Shown here one piece after another: positions 5,667 to 14,349 of a stretch of 20,000 nucleotides of DNA (position 1 is its first letter; each line of letters opens with the position of its first letter). The stretch comes from an uncultured virus (IMG/VR IMGVR_UViG_3300020577_005857). Taxonomy: Duplodnaviria; Heunggongvirae; Uroviricota; Caudoviricetes. The stretch lies in IMG/VR virus record IMGVR_UViG_3300020577_005857. One strand, given 5' to 3'. The notes under the pieces are model-generated. The model saw only the letters and a list, made by a program, of their open reading frames with translations, was not told the DNA's origin and did no database searches. Both the position numbers and the translations under genes were made by a program.

Positions 5667-6572
5667 TCAATCTAGCCACTCCACAAATCGTGGAGGGCCG
5701 TAAACTTCTTCGGCAATTCGGGTTATGCTGTCATAAGCATCCCAGGCGTTCTGCCACCTACTCCGTGGCTGCCCCATGGTAGCCTTCTCAAACCAAGGCC
5801 GGAACTTCTTAGGCACCTCAGCTATGCCCTCAAGGCTCTTGGCAGCCATGTAGATATCGAAATCTGGCCCCACCTTGCCCTTGCGCTTCACCTCTTTGGG
5901 ATAGTATTGTTCCTGGCCGGTAACTATTGCCTTGAGTTTTTCTCCGATCTTCACGGAGTAGCACCAATCCACAATCGCCAAGCCATGATGGCGTTTGATA
6001 AACAGCAAATGTCTCGGCAATATCGCTCCATGCACAAAACCCTTATTATGGGTCTCTGCCAGCGCCGCCATAACTCGGTGGGCCATCCACACTACATGAC
6101 GAAAGTCTGTTCCAGCGCCCATATACTCAAGTGGCACCGCCAAATTACGAGGAATGTACTGGATCAAATTTGAGGCCTTGCCATCCACTTTCCTACTGTC
6201 AACAAGCTTTGGCACAAACGACGTACGCTTCAACGCAGTGAGCCGTTCCGTCTCTATATCCAGGAGATCATTATCCCCAGGGCTCAATGCCCGTTTCAGC
6301 ATAAGCGGATAGTCCTTGAACACCTCAGGCCCATCCTTCAAAAGGAAGATCTCCGCGATGTCACCGGCCTCTATCTTGATTCCGCCAATACCTCTATCCA
6401 CAATAGGAGAGTTCAAGACTTGCAGTTTGGTCATAGCCTCACCACTTCGGGGGTCAGATCCATTCAGATCTGGATGAATAGCCCGCGCCAGCTCTCGATA
6501 GTCCCCGGCCTCCCCCATCGTCCACGCCATCATCAACTTCTCATACGCAGACTGGAATCTAGTTTTCATCAC
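5667..6572 (-). CDS. J-domain-like plus atypical Ser/Thr protein kinase-like protein
   Basis: N-terminal YRELARAIHPD (HPD motif); kinase-fold motifs LMLK, FVHGAILPRHLL (HRD loop lacking Asp), IVDWCYS (DFG equivalent), YYPKEV, DIYMA. Confidence 0.8.
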   Translation of the reverse strand: MMKTRFQSAYEKLMMAWTMGEAGDYRELARAIHPDLNGSDPRSGEAMTKLQVLNSPIVDRGIGGIKIEAGDIAEIFLLKDGPEVFKDYPLMLKRALSPGDNDLLDIETERLTALKRTSFVPKLVDSRKVDGKASNLIQYIPRNLAVPLEYMGAGTDFRHVVWMAHRVMAALAETHNKGFVHGAILPRHLLFIKRHHGLAIVDWCYSVKIGEKLKAIVTGQEQYYPKEVKRKGKVGPDFDIYMAAKSLEGIAEVPKKFRPWFEKATMGQPRSRWQNAWDAYDSITRIAEEVYGPPRFVEWLD

Positions 6573-6757
6573 AATTCCCCTCGAAAGGTTTGTATCAGTA
6601 CGGGAGCCAGATCATTGAACACTGCCCACAGCTTGAAAACTCTACGCGGTTCCGTCTGGGCGAAATCCCGGCATTGCTGCCGAGTTCCCACAACACATGG
6701 AATCGGCCCATCCGCGCCCTCATAAATCAGAACATACAAAGGATCGTGTTCCATCAA
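6569..6757 (-). CDS. Hypothetical protein (62 aa)
   Basis: Coupled by 4-nt overlaps to both neighbours. Confidence 0.65.
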   Translation of the reverse strand: MMEHDPLYVLIYEGADGPIPCVVGTRQQCRDFAQTEPRRVFKLWAVFNDLAPVLIQTFRGEL

Positions 6758-6969
6758 GCCTCCAAGACGTTAGGCACGTCTTCCAAAATGGTGGTAACAC
6801 GTTTACGCACGCGCACTACCCGCTTCAATTCGTAGATCGCCATGAGGTCATCTTCCTCGGCTTCAGCATCAAGGAATACACCGAACTCAGGCTTTTCGTT
6901 GCCAAGGCTTATCTCCTGCACATAGATAGTTTCAGGAAAGCTCTCGATTTCCTTATGCTTCACAGCCAT
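6754..6969 (-). CDS. Hypothetical protein (71 aa)
   Basis: Overlapping start and stop with neighbours. Confidence 0.65.
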   Translation of the reverse strand: MAVKHKEIESFPETIYVQEISLGNEKPEFGVFLDAEAEEDDLMAIYELKRVVRVRKRVTTILEDVPNVLEA

Positions 6970-7202
6970 TTCAAATCCAGGCCCCCTCTCCTAATGAATT
7001 CACTTACGGTGTACACACTCCCTAGCTCTCGCAGGGCTCCCCGATCCATCCAACTCAAGCTCCAGCTCAGGAGCCCAGCGGATTTCTGATGACGCCCTCG
7101 CTTGAAGCTATGAAATTTGTAGCCCTCAGGAATAAGGAAGCCTTTATTTCGAAGCCGCTTCACCAGCAGCTCCACATCACTTTCCAATCTCTTTCTTGGC
7201 AT
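6960..7202 (-). CDS. Hypothetical basic protein
   Basis: Likely start MPRKRL at 7202 after GGAGG. Confidence 0.65.
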   Translation of the reverse strand: MPRKRLESDVELLVKRLRNKGFLIPEGYKFHSFKRGRHQKSAGLLSWSLSWMDRGALRELGSVYTVSEFIRRGGLDLKWL

Positions 7203-7398
7203 ATTCCTCCATCTCTCGCATAACGCATGCAAGGGCGTTTAGCACCTCTGGCAAGGATGCGCCCGTATTGAGTATCCAATCAAACGCACCCTTGATAGAT
7301 TCCATACGATCTGCTGCCCTAGCCGTTGGTAAGTCTTGCTCCCATTCAGTTTCCAGCCGCAGATCTCCGATACGTTGCATTGTATATTGTCGTAGCAT
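7177..7398 (-). CDS. Hypothetical protein (73 aa)
   Basis: ORF fills the gap in the minus-strand gene chain. Confidence 0.55.
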   Translation of the reverse strand: MLRQYTMQRIGDLRLETEWEQDLPTARAADRMESIKGAFDWILNTGASLPEVLNALACVMREMEEYAKKEIGK

Positions 7399-7450
7399 AG
7401 TACCCTTATCTCTCTGCCCCTCTCCATAGAAAGTGGCAGAGGCTAAAGGC

Positions 7451-7849
7451 TTACTTGCTCGGTATAATCTTAAGCTTAGAATTGTCTACGAAGATCTTTG
7501 CCTTCTCTCTTCCCTTCTCCGTCAGGACCCAGACTGTCACATGGGCACGTCCCGCGCGCACTTGATTCTCAATCAAGCCCGCCACCTCCATAGCCCGTAG
7601 GCTATTAGTCATAGCCGTCCCCTTTACTACCAGCTCTGCCTCAAGATCCGCTTGAGAGACAGGGCCGGTATACAGTGCTCGCAGAATCTCTGCCTGTAAC
7701 CCTCGATGGCGCATCCGATAGGCTACCTCTTCTGGTTGCGCCTTGACTTCCGCGCCTGCTTGATGAGATAGCCCGCGCAAAAAGCCGCGAACCTCTTCTA
7801 CACTCTCACACGCCATCAAGTAGGCTAGTGCGGCCTTACTTAATTCCAT
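7451..7849 (-). CDS. Winged helix-turn-helix (MarR-like) DNA-binding protein
   Basis: QAEILRALYTGPVSQADLEAELVVKGTAMTNSLRAMEVAGLIE...VWVLTEKGRE. Start MELSK at 7849 after AAGGAG. Confidence 0.8.
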   Translation of the reverse strand: MELSKAALAYLMACESVEEVRGFLRGLSHQAGAEVKAQPEEVAYRMRHRGLQAEILRALYTGPVSQADLEAELVVKGTAMTNSLRAMEVAGLIENQVRAGRAHVTVWVLTEKGREKAKIFVDNSKLKIIPSK

Positions 7850-8168
7850 TAAGTTGTCGCTCCTTTCTTTCAATGTCTGCCTTGGCCTTCAGGCTTTTTT
7901 CCAATTCATGCATAGCTAAAGCCAGATCAGTCACGTTTACTGCAACGCTAATTCCATCAAGCATGAGTTCTGTGCCACCGTTCACGCCATTCTTGAATGA
8001 GGCTACTGCAACTCCGTCTTCCAACACACTTCCCCCACCCACGCCCACCATAAATTTATTCTTTTTGCGCCCCTCTAGCCACTGTAGATGAATTGGGACC
8101 GTTATAGTCCCCACCTCATTGTTTTCCCCACTCCAATCCAGAGGCTCTTTATTCAACACGAAGCTCAT
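7836..8168 (-). CDS. Hypothetical protein (110 aa)
   Basis: RBS AAAGGA; overlaps the downstream gene. Confidence 0.7.
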   Translation of the reverse strand: MSFVLNKEPLDWSGENNEVGTITVPIHLQWLEGRKKNKFMVGVGGGSVLEDGVAVASFKNGVNGGTELMLDGISVAVNVTDLALAMHELEKSLKAKADIERKERQLNGIK

Positions 8169-8182
8169 TTTTTTTCCTTTCT

Positions 8183-8273
8183 AAAAAAGCGGGCACCTGT
8201 CTCGCTATTGTTCGATAGCAGGATGCTCTTTCAGGTTGTTTAAGGCTACGCTCGTTAACCAGCAAACCCCCGC
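8183..8273 (-). terminator. Structured intergenic element ending in a U6 tract (terminator or attenuator)
   Basis: Minus strand GAGCATCCTG...CAGGTGCCC stem with an inner GCTAT/ATAGC hairpin, then GCTTTTTT. An alternative GCGGG/CCCGC pairing is possible. Confidence 0.45.
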
Positions 8274-8280
8274 CTTCTAT

Positions 8281-8730
8281 TTACGCGATCCAGCCTTGGG
8301 CTGCGCAGAATTCCACTAAGGCTAAAGTATTTTTTCTAAACTCATTGCCTTTCCAGTGGGCCAGCGCTTCGCTTAGCGTAAACCAGCGGCAACCTACTAA
8401 GATGTGAGTTCTGCTGCAAACGTAGAGTGGCCCCCACTCTGCCACATTTATAAATGAGCGGATACCAAGCGCTTCAGAGAGATCCGCTCCACGGAGATCC
8501 GCCCCACGGAGATCCGCTCCACGGAGATTCGCTCCACAGAGATCCGCTCCACAGAGATTCGCTCCACGGAGATTCGCTCCACGGAGATCCGCTCCACAGA
8601 GATTCGCTCCACGGAGATTCGCTCCACGGAGATTCGCTCTATAGAGATTCGCTTCACAGAGATTCGCTCCACAGAGATCTTCTTTCTCTTCTTCCCTCCC
8701 GTCTAAATATCTAATTTTCATTTTTATCAC
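8281..8730 (-). CDS. Pentapeptide repeat protein with conserved C-terminal domain
   Basis: About 14 A(N/D)LxG repeats, then AEWGPLYV...[14 protein letters not shown]. Confidence 0.9.
   Translation of the reverse strand: MIKMKIRYLDGREEEKEDLCGANLCEANLYRANLRGANLRGANLCGADLRGANLRGANLCGADLCGANLRGADLRGADLRGADLSEALGIRSFINVAEWGPLYVCSRTHILVGCRWFTLSEALAHWKGNEFRKNTLALVEFCAAQGWIA
8476..8678. repeat. 15-bp tandem repeat encoding the pentapeptide repeats
   Basis: About 13 near-identical copies of (c/a)(g/a)gagat(t/c)cgctcca. Confidence 0.9.
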
Positions 8731-9743
8731 ACTCCTGCCATTTCCACAGCAACCTTCAAGGCCCGTTGTTTCAGCTTTTCGCCCTCCCCAAAGTACGCGG
8801 AGAATCCACGGGTATCCTCACTACGGCCCCGAACATGGTCCACGTAAGCGGTGACACCGTTCAGCGCACCCCACAGAGTACCCTTGCTGGCTACCATATC
8901 CGCACCTTCTCCATTCACGATCAAGTCCAGGACTTGTTTGCCAATCCGGCCCAATACATCGCCCATGTTCTCATGGGTGGCATCATGGCGCTCGACTGCG
9001 GCTCCCAGAACCATGGCCCCGTCCATATGCACGGTGTCACTGTTGGCCACAACTTGCTCCAACAGACCTTCACCTTTCAGCAGCCGCGCCAAGTATTCCA
9101 CCCGGCCCTTGTCGTCCAAGGTAACCCGGCTCAACGCCACGGCGGTCTCGCCAAACTCCTGATTGTACTCACGGCTCAAGTCCAAAACCTGCCTTGCCTT
9201 CTTGGCCTGCTTCGCATCCCACTTGCTGGTATGGCGCATGCTGAACATGCGCGCATGCTTCTGCCGAAGGGCCATCATCAGCGTATTCCAGCACACCACA
9301 TACACACTAGTGGGCTTTACGCTAGTGGCGATGCTGCCATCGTGGCTCGTAGCAATCATGCCATAATTGGCAAGCTGACTGCCGCCGGGGATCGCAATCG
9401 GGCTCCCCAATTTGCAGAGGGCAAAGATTACCGCTCCGTCATCGAAGCTCCCAATATGCTCCATTTCGGCATTCCCGGCCTGCGCGTACTCTCGCATGAA
9501 CCCAATGATCTGCTCCGGCTGATGGATTTCGTAACCAGCCTTGGCTACTTGATACACACGGTTCGTCCGCTTGTTCACAATAGCCCGGTATTCGCGTAGT
9601 GGGTCCACAATGTTTGCAGGTCCACCAATGGCGCTAGGCATGGCCAAGCCACGCTTTTGTAGCCTATCCGTAAGCTTACTCTTTTCAAGCATTTCCAGCG
9701 TGGTCATGCTGGAATTCACAGGTGTTAACTGTGCTAGTCTCAT
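8727..9743 (-). CDS. DUF932 family phage/plasmid protein
   Basis: Motifs [41 protein letters not shown]. Confidence 0.85.
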   Translation of the reverse strand: MRLAQLTPVNSSMTTLEMLEKSKLTDRLQKRGLAMPSAIGGPANIVDPLREYRAIVNKRTNRVYQVAKAGYEIHQPEQIIGFMREYAQAGNAEMEHIGSFDDGAVIFALCKLGSPIAIPGGSQLANYGMIATSHDGSIATSVKPTSVYVVCWNTLMMALRQKHARMFSMRHTSKWDAKQAKKARQVLDLSREYNQEFGETAVALSRVTLDDKGRVEYLARLLKGEGLLEQVVANSDTVHMDGAMVLGAAVERHDATHENMGDVLGRIGKQVLDLIVNGEGADMVASKGTLWGALNGVTAYVDHVRGRSEDTRGFSAYFGEGEKLKQRALKVAVEMAGV

Positions 9744-9800
9744 TTCGAACTCTCCTTTCTTGCTTTCCCCTCAGTCTCCCATCGCCTCACACCACAACCC

Positions 9801-10022
9801 TTACCGCTTTTTCGCCCTAGTCAAATCCATACAATCCTGCGCCGCAGCCTTCCATTCATAGGTCAGCTTTTTCCAATCCTCAGCGTCTTTCTTTGCATCC
9901 GCCAGAGACAATTTCAACGCTGCAATCTGGCCGTCTGCCGCCTCCAGTTCCATCCGTAAATCGTAGCAGCTCCATGCGGCCAACAAGTAAAGTGCGAATA
10001 CAAGCCAAATCCACCGCTTCAT
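9801..10022 (-). CDS. Small protein with N-terminal membrane anchor and coiled coil
   Basis: MKRWIWLVFALYLLAAWSC followed by a heptad-like helix; start 10022 after GGAGGAG. Confidence 0.65.
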   Translation of the reverse strand: MKRWIWLVFALYLLAAWSCYDLRMELEAADGQIAALKLSLADAKKDAEDWKKLTYEWKAAAQDCMDLTRAKKR

Positions 10023-10429
10023 GTATTCTCCTCCTTCCAATTCTTCTCCTTAGCCACCCAATCCTCCATGGCCCCCTCCAACTCTTGGATCATCACATCT
10101 GGGTTATTGGTATTGTCCATGACATGGTAGCCCCTTCCATTCGAGAAGCACTTCGAAGTTTTGTACCGTAACAATGGGCACCCTCGGCAGTGTCTTTCAA
10201 AGAATAGCTGGCAAAGTGCGCACTCTCTCACGCCCCGCACAAGCTCATCTCCGGTTGCATCATCCAAGAGCTGTACTCCATTAGCACGTAGTCCATGCTT
10301 CTTCAGGTTCTCTTCTCGCATACCAATCCAGCTAAGCAGGCTAACCGAAATTGCGGGACCCAGCCCATCTGCTGCCGCATCACGCGCGGCTATTGGCATG
10401 AACTCAGCCTTCCAGGACTCAATACTCAT
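10019..10429 (-). CDS. Hypothetical Cys-rich protein
   Basis: CALC...C..CP....C; RBS AAGGAGG. Confidence 0.7.
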   Translation of the reverse strand: MSIESWKAEFMPIAARDAAADGLGPAISVSLLSWIGMREENLKKHGLRANGVQLLDDATGDELVRGVRECALCQLFFERHCRGCPLLRYKTSKCFSNGRGYHVMDNTNNPDVMIQELEGAMEDWVAKEKNWKEENT

Positions 10430-10535
10430 CTATTCCTCCTTACCCAAACGATTCCAAACTGAAACAGAACCACCCGTAGCACTCCATCCCATGGCACGCC
10501 AAAAGAGCGTAGGGCTCGAATCCTCCGCCATAAGC

Positions 10536-10799
10536 TCATACCCGCAGTACATCCTCAAATCCTTTTTCCGGCAGCCACACATAAACATATTCTCCTCTAC
10601 GCAATTGCCCAGCTCTCAACAATCCACCCGTCCACTTCAGCTTGGCACAAAGCTTCCGCACTGCCGCATCCCGATTCTCTTCTGGAGTCCTGCCCGGTTC
10701 GCTCTCCACATACGCCCGCAGACCAGAGCTGCTTACGGCACTATACCGTGCATAGTTACCTCCAGTCTGAGGGTGATATTTCACTACTATCACTTGCAT
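10536..10799 (-). CDS. Hypothetical protein (87 aa)
   Basis: RBS GGAGG. Confidence 0.7.
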   Translation of the reverse strand: MQVIVVKYHPQTGGNYARYSAVSSSGLRAYVESEPGRTPEENRDAAVRKLCAKLKWTGGLLRAGQLRRGEYVYVWLPEKGFEDVLRV

Positions 10800-10811
10800 A
10801 AAGCCTCCATC

Positions 10812-11174
10812 TCACAGCACACCTAGTGCTGTGAGAAGAAATCTCAATTGCTTTGTGTAGAACTTCGACGCCGACTCCAACCTAGCTTCAAACCGCTCCG
10901 TATCCAAATCTACGGTCAAGTCAACATCACCTTCTACATAGGTCAAAATGGCTTGATGCTTACGGTTCACCCAAACACTTCGGTAACCATTACCCCACTC
11001 ATCCATATACTGCCAGCCTTCCATCCGGCTCGCCCACAAATCGAAATCTGCCGCCTCACCCAACAGTCCCACACTGCCAGTTCCAAAGTAATCTGCCGGA
11101 ATCTCCGTAGGATATCCAGGGGGCTTCAACCCAAATTCTTCAATAACCTTCTTGCAATCTTCGCTTAATTCCAC
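10812..11174 (-). CDS. Hypothetical protein
   Basis: Probable GTG start at 11174 after GGAGG, in frame with track ORF 10812..11273. Confidence 0.65.
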   Translation of the reverse strand: MELSEDCKKVIEEFGLKPPGYPTEIPADYFGTGSVGLLGEAADFDLWASRMEGWQYMDEWGNGYRSVWVNRKHQAILTYVEGDVDLTVDLDTERFEARLESASKFYTKQLRFLLTALGVL

Positions 11175-11290
11175 AAAATCCTCCAAAGTTCTCCCCACGG
11201 CACACCCAATACTGTCAAAACCGCTACACTCCCAAGCACAATCACCACAAACCACCCCAAGACTTCCGGCCAAATCTCACTCCATTTCAT
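11165..11290 (-). CDS. Small membrane protein (41 aa)
   Basis: MKWSEIWPEVLGWFVVIVLGSVAVLTVLGVPWGELWRILWN; one hydrophobic helix; bridges the flanking genes. Confidence 0.6.
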   Translation of the reverse strand: MKWSEIWPEVLGWFVVIVLGSVAVLTVLGVPWGELWRILWN

Positions 11291-11843
11291 TGCTGTACCA
11301 CCCTTGTTTCTTGAAATAGCCATCCGCCTCCATCTCGTCCTGAAAAGCATCCTGCACCTGATCCGAATCCACCATTCCCAGAAGGCTCTTGATTACATTC
11401 CATAGACCATCCGCCTGTAATCCAACTGGCCACAAACTTCGCACGTTGTCAAGCAGCCAATCCAGAGAACTCACCCACGGATTCATATGCCATGTGAACC
11501 CATAGTAATCCGCCCACTCCTGCGCGAACGGAGGAAGCACCATTCCATGCCCGTTCAGCATCTTTTGGAGGCTATTATAGCCCTCTCCGCTTAGCGGCAG
11601 CTCCAGATGCTTACCATAACTCACCATCGCGCCCATGCCGGGGTCGGCCCCCACCACATAGCCCTGGCCCCCGCAATCCCCACTAGCGCAATTATGGACA
11701 GAATCATGGGGCGCGTCCTCATCCGCTTCCTGTGGCCATTCATTGGAATCACCCGTATCCACGTGCAGATTCTTTTTCAGGTCGGCAATGATTGCCTCTG
11801 CACAATCATCGCACCACATTTCTCCAGAGTAAATGTACGCCAT
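11277..11843 (-). CDS. Hypothetical acidic protein with CxxC / C...C motifs
   Basis: Likely start MAYIYSGEMWCDDC at 11843 after GGAGG. Confidence 0.7.
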   Translation of the reverse strand: MAYIYSGEMWCDDCAEAIIADLKKNLHVDTGDSNEWPQEADEDAPHDSVHNCASGDCGGQGYVVGADPGMGAMVSYGKHLELPLSGEGYNSLQKMLNGHGMVLPPFAQEWADYYGFTWHMNPWVSSLDWLLDNVRSLWPVGLQADGLWNVIKSLLGMVDSDQVQDAFQDEMEADGYFKKQGWYSNEME

Positions 11844-11893
11844 GTCGGAATCCTCCACCCGGCCCAAGGAACTTGCCCTTGGGCCTCAATGAG

Positions 11894-12193
11894 TTATTCC
11901 ACCTTCGCGGCTTCTTTACTCAGCTTGTCCTGAATCCCCACACCCACGGCGATTGCGAATACAACCGAGTCCAGCAAAGCCGCCGCTGCCGTAGGTCCGA
12001 TAGTCATAGCCGTAGCCATAAGCAGCTTTTCTCGCCCAAGGGCAGCCGCAAGTAGTGCTCCGAGCTGCACTCGCGTAGGATGATTGACACTGAGAAAGCT
12101 ATCTACCAGTGCCTCTTTTCCCGACATCAGCTCGTAGGTGAAGATCATCAGATCTTCTTTACCCACAGCAGTCAGTACTTTCTCCAAATCCAT
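11894..12193 (-). CDS. Hypothetical helical/hydrophobic protein (paralog A)
   Basis: RBS AAAGGA; similar to the adjacent ORF. Confidence 0.7.
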   Translation of the reverse strand: MDLEKVLTAVGKEDLMIFTYELMSGKEALVDSFLSVNHPTRVQLGALLAAALGREKLLMATAMTIGPTAAAALLDSVVFAIAVGVGIQDKLSKEAAKVE

Positions 12194-12194
12194 A

Positions 12195-12500
12195 TTATTG
12201 TTTCCTTTCTTCGGTAGTGATGGCTTCTTGATGAGCTGCTCCCGCAGTAAACGCCAAAATGGTCAGGGCCAGCAGCGTACCAAATGCAGCCGGACCTAGC
12301 TGCATAAGCTGAATCCCCATATGCGGATTTTTTGCCAGTGTAGCCGTTATCAGTCCCTCAAAAGCGTGCCTCCCCGCTTTCGTAAGGGCCAGCCCATGCT
12401 CATCAGCTATGGACAGATACCCCACAAGCCCTGTATCATTCAGGGCTAAATCTTGAAGGTTCTTGCCTTCAATTGCCGCAAACAGAACTCTTGCATCCAT
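12195..12500 (-). CDS. Hypothetical helical/hydrophobic protein (paralog B)
   Basis: RBS AAGGAGG; similar to the adjacent ORF. Confidence 0.7.
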   Translation of the reverse strand: MDARVLFAAIEGKNLQDLALNDTGLVGYLSIADEHGLALTKAGRHAFEGLITATLAKNPHMGIQLMQLGPAAFGTLLALTILAFTAGAAHQEAITTEERKQ

Positions 12501-12510
12501 TCATTCCTCC

Positions 12511-12738
12511 TTACACACAGAACGTGTACACGCGATGGCTGAGCTTCTGCAAGCCATAAGCCTGCATCATGGCGTCGGCCACATTACCATTCATTCCAGG
12601 CGGCAATACTACCTTGCCTCCTGTAGCTGCTGCCATGCGGGCAGCCTCCCCAACGCTGTCAAAACTCGCAAGCCCCCTCAGCGCTTCTCCATTCGAAGCT
12701 TTCGCTCCAGTCAAGTCAACTACAATCCGGTCTTTCAT
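12511..12738 (-). CDS. Hypothetical protein (75 aa)
   Basis: RBS GGAGG upstream. Confidence 0.6.
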   Translation of the reverse strand: MKDRIVVDLTGAKASNGEALRGLASFDSVGEAARMAAATGGKVVLPPGMNGNVADAMMQAYGLQKLSHRVYTFCV

Positions 12739-12789
12739 TTAGGTATGCCTCCATCCGGCAGCACTCAACAGAATGCTACCTCGGTGGAT

Positions 12790-13158
12790 TCACTTCCGCT
12801 TTCCACGTCTAAGCCTACAGTAGTCTCCGCTACTCTCGTAATACCATCCATGGTAGGGCCACCATGAGCCATCCTCCATTTGAAGTTTTGTACAAATGGC
12901 CCTTCTGTATCCACCTCCGAAACCAATCCGATATCTAACTGTGCAATAGGCAGTCCCCACCACTGTTCCAAGCCAAGTGGTAACCCTCCAACCCTTATCC
13001 GCTGTAGGATGTTTTACATACAGCACTACCTTCTCCGGCCCGGTCTTCAGCCAGCGCAGCATTTCTTCATCCAGGCGAGCAATACGCTTCCCTGCCTCTA
13101 TAGGCTCTGAATCCGGCCCCGCATCGTGTGGCTCAAAATATGTCATGGCTTTATCCAT
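12790..13158 (-). CDS. Hypothetical protein
   Basis: ORF in the gene chain; the start may be the ATGA-coupled Met at 13146. Confidence 0.7.
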   Translation of the reverse strand: MDKAMTYFEPHDAGPDSEPIEAGKRIARLDEEMLRWLKTGPEKVVLYVKHPTADKGWRVTTWLGTVVGTAYCTVRYRIGFGGGYRRAICTKLQMEDGSWWPYHGWYYESSGDYCRLRRGKRK

Positions 13159-13748
13159 CCAGCATTCTCGATCAGCCCCACTAGCTTGTAGGTTTCTGTT
13201 CTATGCTCCTGGTACATCCAATGTTCTTTGGCTTCCTCCAGTGTGAACCAGCGGCATCCGCACTTAATCCACTTCTCGCTGAACACGTATAGAGGCCCCC
13301 ACTCTGCAATGCCATAGAAGGCCCGCACTCCAGTGGCATTACCCAAAATTGCGTTATCCAGATAAGTCCCCGCAAGATTAGCCCCAAAAAAGTCGGCATT
13401 AGTGAGATCTGCCCGGTATAAAGAAGCGTCCACAAGATTCGCACCCGTGAATTCTGCTAAAACTAGGCTAGCCTTTTTAAAATCGGCATCGCGTAAGTCT
13501 GCTTCTTTAAATCGTGTGCGGTTCAATATAGCTTCGTGAAAGTCTGCCCGCCTCAACACAACCTGATCAAAAACAGCGTCTTCTAGGTTTGCTCCTCTAA
13601 AGTCTGCCCCCGTCCAATCTCCGGTGAACACAGGACGGGGAGCTATAATCCGCTCCCGCATGTTTGGCCTTCCAAAATCATTTCTAGGCGGGCTTATCAC
13701 TACGCCATGAACACTATACGTTGGGGGAATGCCAACAGATTTGCTCAT
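13143..13748 (-). CDS. Second pentapeptide repeat protein
   Basis: A(D/N)(F/L)xx repeats, then AEWGPLYV...GCRWFTLEEAKEHW as in 8281..8730. Confidence 0.9.
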   Translation of the reverse strand: MSKSVGIPPTYSVHGVVISPPRNDFGRPNMRERIIAPRPVFTGDWTGADFRGANLEDAVFDQVVLRRADFHEAILNRTRFKEADLRDADFKKASLVLAEFTGANLVDASLYRADLTNADFFGANLAGTYLDNAILGNATGVRAFYGIAEWGPLYVFSEKWIKCGCRWFTLEEAKEHWMYQEHRTETYKLVGLIENAGWIKP

Positions 13749-13795
13749 TTATGACCTCCAGCGCATACCTTATAGCCTTCAGTGAATGCGTCCAT
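13745..13795 (-). CDS. 16-aa micro-ORF (MDAFTEGYKVCAGGHK)
   Basis: RBS GGAGGAG; TAATG overlap upstream and ATGA overlap downstream. Confidence 0.4.
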   Translation of the reverse strand: MDAFTEGYKVCAGGHK

Positions 13796-13926
13796 TATCT
13801 CCTCCAGCTCCAGATGACCATGCCCACAATCCACACCACAATCAGTATCCCCACGATCAATTCAGCTTTCTTGAGCTTCTGATATAGTGGGCTATCGGGC
13901 TTCCTCTCCGGCCTTGGCATTCCCAT
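13795..13926 (-). CDS. Small membrane protein (43 aa)
   Basis: MGMPRPERKPDSPLYQKLKKAELIVGILIVVWIVGMVIWSWRR; TAATG-coupled; below the track cutoff. Confidence 0.6.
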   Translation of the reverse strand: MGMPRPERKPDSPLYQKLKKAELIVGILIVVWIVGMVIWSWRR

Positions 13927-14282
13927 TAGGGCATACCCAATAGGCTACGGAATTGCTCCCGAAGATATCGAATTCCCTGCTTTTGCCCCTCTGAGTAGGC
14001 TTGGCTCTTCACTTCCACCACATGGGATTCCTCCACATATGGCTGGATAGTTTTCCAGATCCAATACTTTCTGGTATCATCCGGCAGAGTTTTCCACTCT
14101 TCGGCAAGCGATCTGCCGCCGTACACCTCAATATTCAGCAGCGTATGCTGAATGAGGATAAAAGATTTCTGCTCAAAGCCGGATGCCCACCCCAGCGAAA
14201 CGTTTGCGTGTTCCTGGGCGTAGATACGCGTAGAGCTTTTGTCAACATTTCGCAGGCCCTCATCCAAGAATATCTCTAGCAT
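13926..14282 (-). CDS. Hypothetical protein (118 aa)
   Basis: RBS GGAGGAAAGGA. Confidence 0.7.
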   Translation of the reverse strand: MLEIFLDEGLRNVDKSSTRIYAQEHANVSLGWASGFEQKSFILIQHTLLNIEVYGGRSLAEEWKTLPDDTRKYWIWKTIQPYVEESHVVEVKSQAYSEGQKQGIRYLREQFRSLLGMP

Positions 14283-14314
14283 TCATCTATCCTTTCCTCC
14301 CAATTGCGATCAGT

Positions 14315-14339
14315 GGAAGGCTCTCCGGAGAGAGCCCCC
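14315..14339 (-). terminator. GC-rich intergenic hairpin
   Basis: GGGGGCTCTC-TCCG-GAGAGCCTTC; weak or absent U-tract. Confidence 0.4.
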
Positions 14340-14349
14340 TAGTTCGCCC

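Noticed and set aside
8476..8678. CRISPR-like array
   Set aside because: These are contiguous 15-bp repeats with no spacers, explained by pentapeptide coding. The VERIS and GDSLH ORFs are alternate-frame shadows.
9801..10022. Rz-like spanin
   Set aside because: The membrane anchor and coiled coil fit, but there is no adjacent endolysin, holin or o-spanin.
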